Assembly (NCBI RefSeq): GCF_000143415.4 | Contig: NW_003314432.1 | Coordinates: forward strand, 1-64,000 | DNA: 64,000 nucleotides | Origin: Selaginella moellendorffii | Taxonomy: Eukaryota; Plantae; Lycopodiophyta | Reading direction: 5' to 3' | Shown: piece after piece, positions 58,060 through 64,000 of the stretch | Layout: every line of letters starts with the position of its first letter | Numbering within the stretch: position 1 is the first letter of the stretch | Notes under the pieces: generated by a model | What the model was told of the DNA's origin: nothing | The model's database searches: none | What the model saw: the letters and a program-made list of their open reading frames with translations, nothing else | Position numbers and translations under genes: made by a program

Positions 58060-61000
58060 AAATTGATTTGCTCAAGTGGTTGATCATAAGCAATATGCGA
58101 AACATAGTTTTTTTGTTGATCAATTTTATAAGCAAATCCTCCTTTAAGGAAAAATCTTTTACATCCGAACCGATTTCTGGTTTAAGGGTTTCTTGTCTAA
58201 GTATTCTTTTGAATATTGAATAAAGATTGACTTCTGAAATTGGCTGAATTTCAAGGAAATTTTCTAAGATTTGTTCCTCCTAATTATAATTGAGTTTTGA
58301 GGGTCGATTTTTCTTTTTTATATGGTGGTATAGACCTTTTTTGGTTGCTTTGCTTTATACATAAGAAATCATTTTTCCAGTTTTGGTTTGTGCAAGTAGT
58401 TTTTAGCCAAAGTTTGCATAGTAGAGCTTTATAGGCATAATCTTGTTGTGTTATTTTAAGCATAACATATTTGAGTTTGTATTTTAGGCCAACCACATTG
58501 GTTAAGACATTTCTAATAATTCTAATGGGTTTAACATTTCAGTCATGAGCTATTTGTATATTAAATGGGGCTGGTTGAATTGAGCCTAGGCCTAATTCTT
58601 TACAAATACTCTTTTCTATAATATTTATGCTTGAGCCACCATCAGTTCTATATAATAGATTTTTACCAATCTTTATATCAATTGTAAAAATTTCATCATC
58701 ATAATCTCTTAGCTCAATTACAATGGTTATAGATGGGATTAAAGTTTCTTCCTTTTTAGGTAAGAGCTTTTTGAGCAATATAGCTCTAAGGTAAGGTGTT
58801 ATAATGAAAAGTTGGCTTAGAGTGAGTGTAATTCTGACATTCAAAGTGCCTTTCACTACCTTCTTTTTATCTTTGCCATCTAGCTTTAATATAGGATTTT
58901 CCTTTTGTGCTAATGATAAAATTTGTGTCAGCTTGTAAAGGTGTGAGACTCTTTGTGTTAGAATCATTATTCTCCAAATCGACTTGTGGTTGCAAATCCT
59001 AGAATTATTGAGTGATTTTTGTATTGATATTTTTCTTTTGGTGCCGTTAAGAGTTGAGGATGATTTTTACTACTTAACATCTATGTCATGATTAAAGCCT
59101 AATGAAGAAAGGTTGAATCTGAAAGCCAAGATAAAGAGAGTGAAGTAACTCTTCTGTATTTGACCATTCTACCTCAACATGCCTAGTTGTAGGTTTTGTA
59201 TCTTCATAAAGTTTATCATTCTTGCTTGATGATTCAACTTGATTGTATAGCATAGGATCGCGAGTAGGAGTCTTAGCTTGGTCATACTATAGCGCATGTG
59301 ATCATGGGATGAGATTTGGATATACTGTCACAATGGATCTTTGGAACCTTGGGGGATAAATGGGGATAAAATAGCCACTAAAGGCTCTCTCATCAAGCAA
59401 TTGCCTCTTTTCCAGTTGGTTTAAGGGGAAAGATGCGCTGACTTTTCATATTCTTTAAGTCTATTATAACCTTTGAATTAATCATATTTTTTAAACTGAT
59501 TATAGTTTTTAGACCTATTTTCCTCATGGCTAGGTGGATAATCCCGAAGGTCATCTAGCCTTTTAGCACATGAGTATTCATGTTTGGCACTTCGATTATC
59601 ATTGTAATTGTTCCTCGTTTATTAACTTTTATTGTTAAATGGATAGCTTTGCCTACATGTTATTTTATTAATTCAGGCTGCCTATTAGCCTCCTAGTTGT
59701 TTAAACAAGGTTTTACACTCCTTAGCTGAATGCCTTTATTTTTCACAAAATTAGCATTTGATCAGTTGAACTTCGCATTCTTCTTTGCTATGGCCTTTAT
59801 TTTTGCATGTAGTACACCAAATCCCTTGTTTGATATTGGTTTGCAATTTGAGGCTCCTTAAACGACTAGTTTTTTTGTCTATAGAAGTTGTCTTTTTGTT
59901 TGACTTCACTATATGTACCATGTCATATTATTTTATGAGATCTTAGTAGGCAATCATGGTTTTTTTCAAACCATTGAAATCTGCATGAGCTCTCTTTATC
60001 GCATGTTCACGATAAATTTTCTTAAGGCTTTATATGTATAGGTGTAGACGCATTTTGTCTATAACACTAATACTTATAACACTTGTTAAATCGAGTTGTA
60101 TATTTCTCCATTGTCTCAGATTTTTCTTGAAGTTTTTGCAACTCATCATAGTTTTTGCTTGGGTTTGTTTCATGGAGAAAGCTTTTAGGAAAAATTTTGT
60201 TTGCTCATCAAATGTGCCATGATTTTTGACATCATTATCATAGTACCAGTTTTTGACTTTGTTTTTGAGTGTATAGAGGAAAAAATTCTTTTTTTGCGTA
60301 TCTGCTTGATTGAGCTTAATTGCTTCTATGTATTGCTTAATATGTAGTTGTGGGTCCTTTCTTTTAATTTCAGGAAAGGATGAATATGTAATAACAGTGC
60401 TTATTGCTGTTTCTGCAATTGCTATTATGCTCATTGCAATTTGACGGGAAATGCTTTGTTTGGTAAATAGTATAGGCAAAACAAGTGTTTGGTTCGTAAG
60501 GAAACCTAGATCACCGTCAAAAGGTAAGGGTTGTAAATTTAGTGTTTTTTCTTCTTATAAGGAATCATTCTAGTTATTTTGTGTTCCACTATTCTCAGTT
60601 GAAGTAGAGATATTTTGTATATGCTGATGCTATTAAAAAGGAGTAATGTATGGATTCATATATTCTAGATGACCATCAAAGTTGTATTTAGATTTTTTAT
60701 CTCCTCTTCATTGAGGTGTACCTAATATGCTTTTAGTTCGCTCTCTTTCAAGTTTTTCTCTAGCTTGATTAAGCAATGATTTAGTTTTTTCTGAAGGGAG
60801 GTTTAAATCACAAATATCACGAGCAAGTGCTTTATAATTTCATTCTAGATCTTGTGAATACTTTTATTTAGACTATCTTTTGCTCATTAGATTGTGAGAG
60901 AAATATTGTATATCTATTACTTTTTTTGGTATAGATAGTGAAAATTTTATACATAGGGATTATGCCATTTAAAGCTTTATAAGTAAGATCAATTGTTGGT

Positions 61001-61200
61001 CTATGCCTATATATTTTGAAGTTTGTTGGTGTTGTTACTATAGCAAGCCTAGTTATTATGCTTCGTTTGTGGAATGAGTGGTATGAGGTTTTGGTATGCA
61101 ATGTATCCCTCTTATAAATTGGCCTATCAGTCACTTTTAGGAGTAAGTATCTAGCTTTTCAACCAATTTCAAAATAGAGATTGCTTTCCTCTAGAGGCCA
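58060..61200 (-). mobile_element. Gypsy gag-protease remnant, lineage related to 26.5-29 kb element
   Basis: DPQLHIKQY..TLKNKVKNWYY (gag), WCTTCKNKGHSKEEC..KC.FCEK..H (double knuckle, about 59720-59825), DGGSSINIIEKSICKELGLGSIQPAPFNIQIA (PR). Confidence 0.8.
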
Positions 61201-62434
61201 AATGCCTAGAATATTTTTTATACAAAAGTCCTAAAAATTTCTTGAGCAACAAACATTATTTTTTAGAGCATATCTATTCTTCTCAAATGTGGTCCACCTT
61301 AAAAGATGTTTACTCCATAAAATTTTGTTGCCTACCAATTCAAATTTGGAATTGATCCAACGTTTATTAACCCAATTATCACCAAATGTATTTCTGCCTA
61401 TGGGTATCCAAGCTTTATTGTGAACTATTAAAGTTCCCATAATAGCCTTTTTTCTTAAAGATTGCATAAAATTTAGCAATTGTTTAGAAGGCAAAATTTT
61501 ATAAATCCTTTACAAATTATAATACTCAGGATTTGCATTTAGCTCAAATAAGCAAACTATCTCTCTATCTAGGAAGAATCTTAGTTCTATTTTCTTTTTG
61601 TATAGGTAACTCCACAGATATAAGTTTTATTTATTTTGTATACCTATAAAGTATTATCACACTTTCTTTGACAATAGTAAAAATACAAGAGGTTAGACTT
61701 CTGTATACCTTGAGCAGAATATTGTCAAGTATTTCACTTAATAATTCGTTGAACTATTTAAGCAATTTTGTTAAATTTATCATTCGTTGGCCTAATTAAG
61801 CACACAAGATAGTTTAGTTTTTGCTTTCTTATACTTTTGCTTAGACACACAGAGTGGGGATTAACCAACTTTTGTCTGGGTCTATAAGCAAAATATATTT
61901 TTTGATAGGTGTGATGGATCGTTGATAAACATTTTTATTTTGTCTACCCCAATTCCCTTATTCAACTTCTATTAGAAATATAGAGGGTTGTTAATTCTTA
62001 ATCTCTTCACCTAGGTGTGTAAGAAGATCTTCCCTTTTTGCCCATACCTAGTATGGTTAAGATTAATTCAATGCAAGGACTCTAGTGTGTGATAGTTAAT
62101 TCCAGAGTAACTTATCTGCTTCATAGTGGGTTTTACCCTCTAGCTTATAGCAAACCTTACTTTTACAATTATGAAATTAGAAAGAGTGGCTTATTACTCT
62201 TGGCAAATTTAGGCAAACTAAATCAACACTAGAGACTAATTTGAATGGGGCGTGGAGACCATTTCGTGAAATTGCCCAGTGGAATCAACACAAAAGTCAA
62301 ATTGTCTAGTGTATGATAGCCTGTTGTAGATCAATTTACTTATGGAATGATGTTAAGTAGCTTTTCAAACATATAATAACTAATTTATGGAAGACTTTGT
62401 TTTAAATCTAGACAAAAATTGTTTTTTAAAGCAA

Positions 62435-63071
62435 ATCGACTGGAAGAGGATCAAGTATGTGCTGCTCACCTCGTTCGACTACTGATTGATGCGTCATGGG
62501 GAGATCCATTGATCTGCTTCTTTGGTTTGTACTTCGATATGTACAACCTCAAGCACTCGTCTTCTATTTACAAGAGAAACCACAAGAGGATATATATATT
62601 TCATGGATACACTTTTCAGGTATAAGAAACATAGCTTTGGGTTGGAAATCCCTGGCCTGATCAATAACAGTCTCTTTGCATCACTCCTAACAGATTGGGC
62701 CTAGAGAACAACAAAAAAAAAATCAAAAGCTAGCCCTCTACCCTTTGAGCTCATGGAAAGTACCCTTACATGGAGGTGGTAGCTCATTAGCTTGTTAGCT
62801 TGTCTGTTAGCTTGTCTGGAGGACCTCCTGTTGCTCTTGCTTCCTTGCCACAAAATCACACCTACAAACCCATGTCCAAATATTGAACTACAATGTAGTT
62901 CTGAAAACAATATCTTTTTGCTGAAACCATCAGTCAACTACATAGTCAACTCTTTGTAGTCAATGTGATGACCATTATTAAAATGTTTTGAATTTATAAA
63001 CACAAGATTAGTCTAAATAAATATCAACAATTAGATTATAGAATATTCAAGAATACCCAGGTATATCCTAT
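62435..63071 (+). pseudogene. FUC1: alpha-L-fucosidase 3' end and downstream flank, inverted duplicate of 11765-12594
   Basis: RLEEDQVCAAHLVRLLIDASWGDPLICFFGLYFDMY followed by a collinear 3' flank. The stop TAG is changed to TAC. Confidence 0.9.
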
Positions 63072-63169
63072 CACTGTCATTTTCTGTGCGGTGACGGTGA
63101 TAAAATGCTGTACATGTAACCATTATCCACATCAAATTATTCTAGAATATTCTAAAATCAAGTTACTAT

Positions 63170-63940
63170 TGAGTCAGTGCTGATTTATCATTGATTAAAG
63201 TTTGATAGAGCATTTTGGTGTTTCTAAAGCAATTGTCCAGAAGTATTGTTAGAAGTTCTCTAACTCAACATTCCAGCATCTAGGACAATTTCTTGTGTGG
63301 CTAGTAGATCTGACAGTAGTAAAAATAGGTTTCGAGAGTTTTTGTGGCTTCTTGAATTGCTATGGTGCAATTGACTGCACATATTTCGAAGTTGAACTTC
63401 CTAGAAACACTTTTGCAAGTGATTATTACAACAAGGACAAAGATAACTCAATTGTCATGCAAGCAATCATTGATAGTGAAGCAAAGTTCTTGGATATTTG
63501 AGTTGGAGATCCTAAAAGTTGCAATGACATAACTATTTTGAGGAAGAGTTCATTCTACAGAAGAGCTCAATTAAGTGAAATTCTTAACGGACCAATAGTC
63601 TTAAGAGGCCAATACCACTTTTGGGAGTATATCATTGGAGACTTAGGATACTACGAGCTTCCGTGGTTGGACCATTTCCAAATGCAAATGGAACTAAATT
63701 GAGGGAAGCATTCAACTTTTATTTGTTGTCTTTGAGGATAGTTGTGAGAGAAGTTTTGGATTGCTTAAAGGTCATTGGAGGATGTTTAGGAAGCTGATTA
63801 AAGTTGAGACCATCACTCAGTTAACATTTGCCATAAAAACAACTTGCATTTTGCATAACTTCATTATTAGTATAGGTGACATAGGGGAAATAGACATTGA
63901 GCCTGAGCTAGTGACTAATCAACTACAAGGCTGGTGACCA
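63170..63940 (+). pseudogene. degenerate PIF/Harbinger (ALP1/HARBI1-like) transposase, different family
   Basis: NCYGAIDCTY..DYYNKDKDNSIVMQAIIDSEAKFLDI, ILRKSSFY..ILNGP, YIIGDLGY..LPWL, FGLLKGHWR, CILHNF, with stops and frameshifts. Confidence 0.85.
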
Positions 63941-64000
63941 GAGCCTCATGTCGCTACTACGGAGGTTAGAAACATTCTCATTACTTATGTAGTAGACTTA

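Noticed and set aside
63071-63100. Hairpin TCACTGTCA...TGACGGTGA at the inverted-duplication boundary
   Set aside because: Short imperfect stem with no CTRR end or TSD; may be chance.

Overview
Eukaryotic plant nuclear DNA. Very short GT-AG introns, several PLS-class PPR genes and the mix of TE lineages suggest a lycophyte such as Selaginella (inference, not database-checked). The window is mostly nested and decayed transposons: Gypsy elements, an apparently non-coding LTR element with intact LTR/PBS/PPT, a Copia carrying a hAT insertion and sitting inside a LINE, three PIF/Harbinger remnants and a possible CACTA fragment. Between them lie shuffled host-gene fragments (RRP5, SEC16 x3, GH29 alpha-L-fucosidase x2, PPR relics x4) arranged in one direct and one inverted segmental duplication. 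The only intact long host gene is an intronless 1029-aa PLS-PPR-DYW RNA-editing factor at 43606-46695, and it is unusual in two ways. (1) Its N-terminus carries a motif closely resembling the PDF ssDNA-binding motif of OSB proteins. (2) Its PPR tract is about 4.5 near-identical 333-bp P-L-S units whose half-motif haplotypes are recombined, so that the P motifs show all four canonical code pairs (ND, TN, NN, TD), much like TALE repeat shuffling. Two assembly gaps are present. All identifications come from motif recognition by eye; percent identities are rough estimates.
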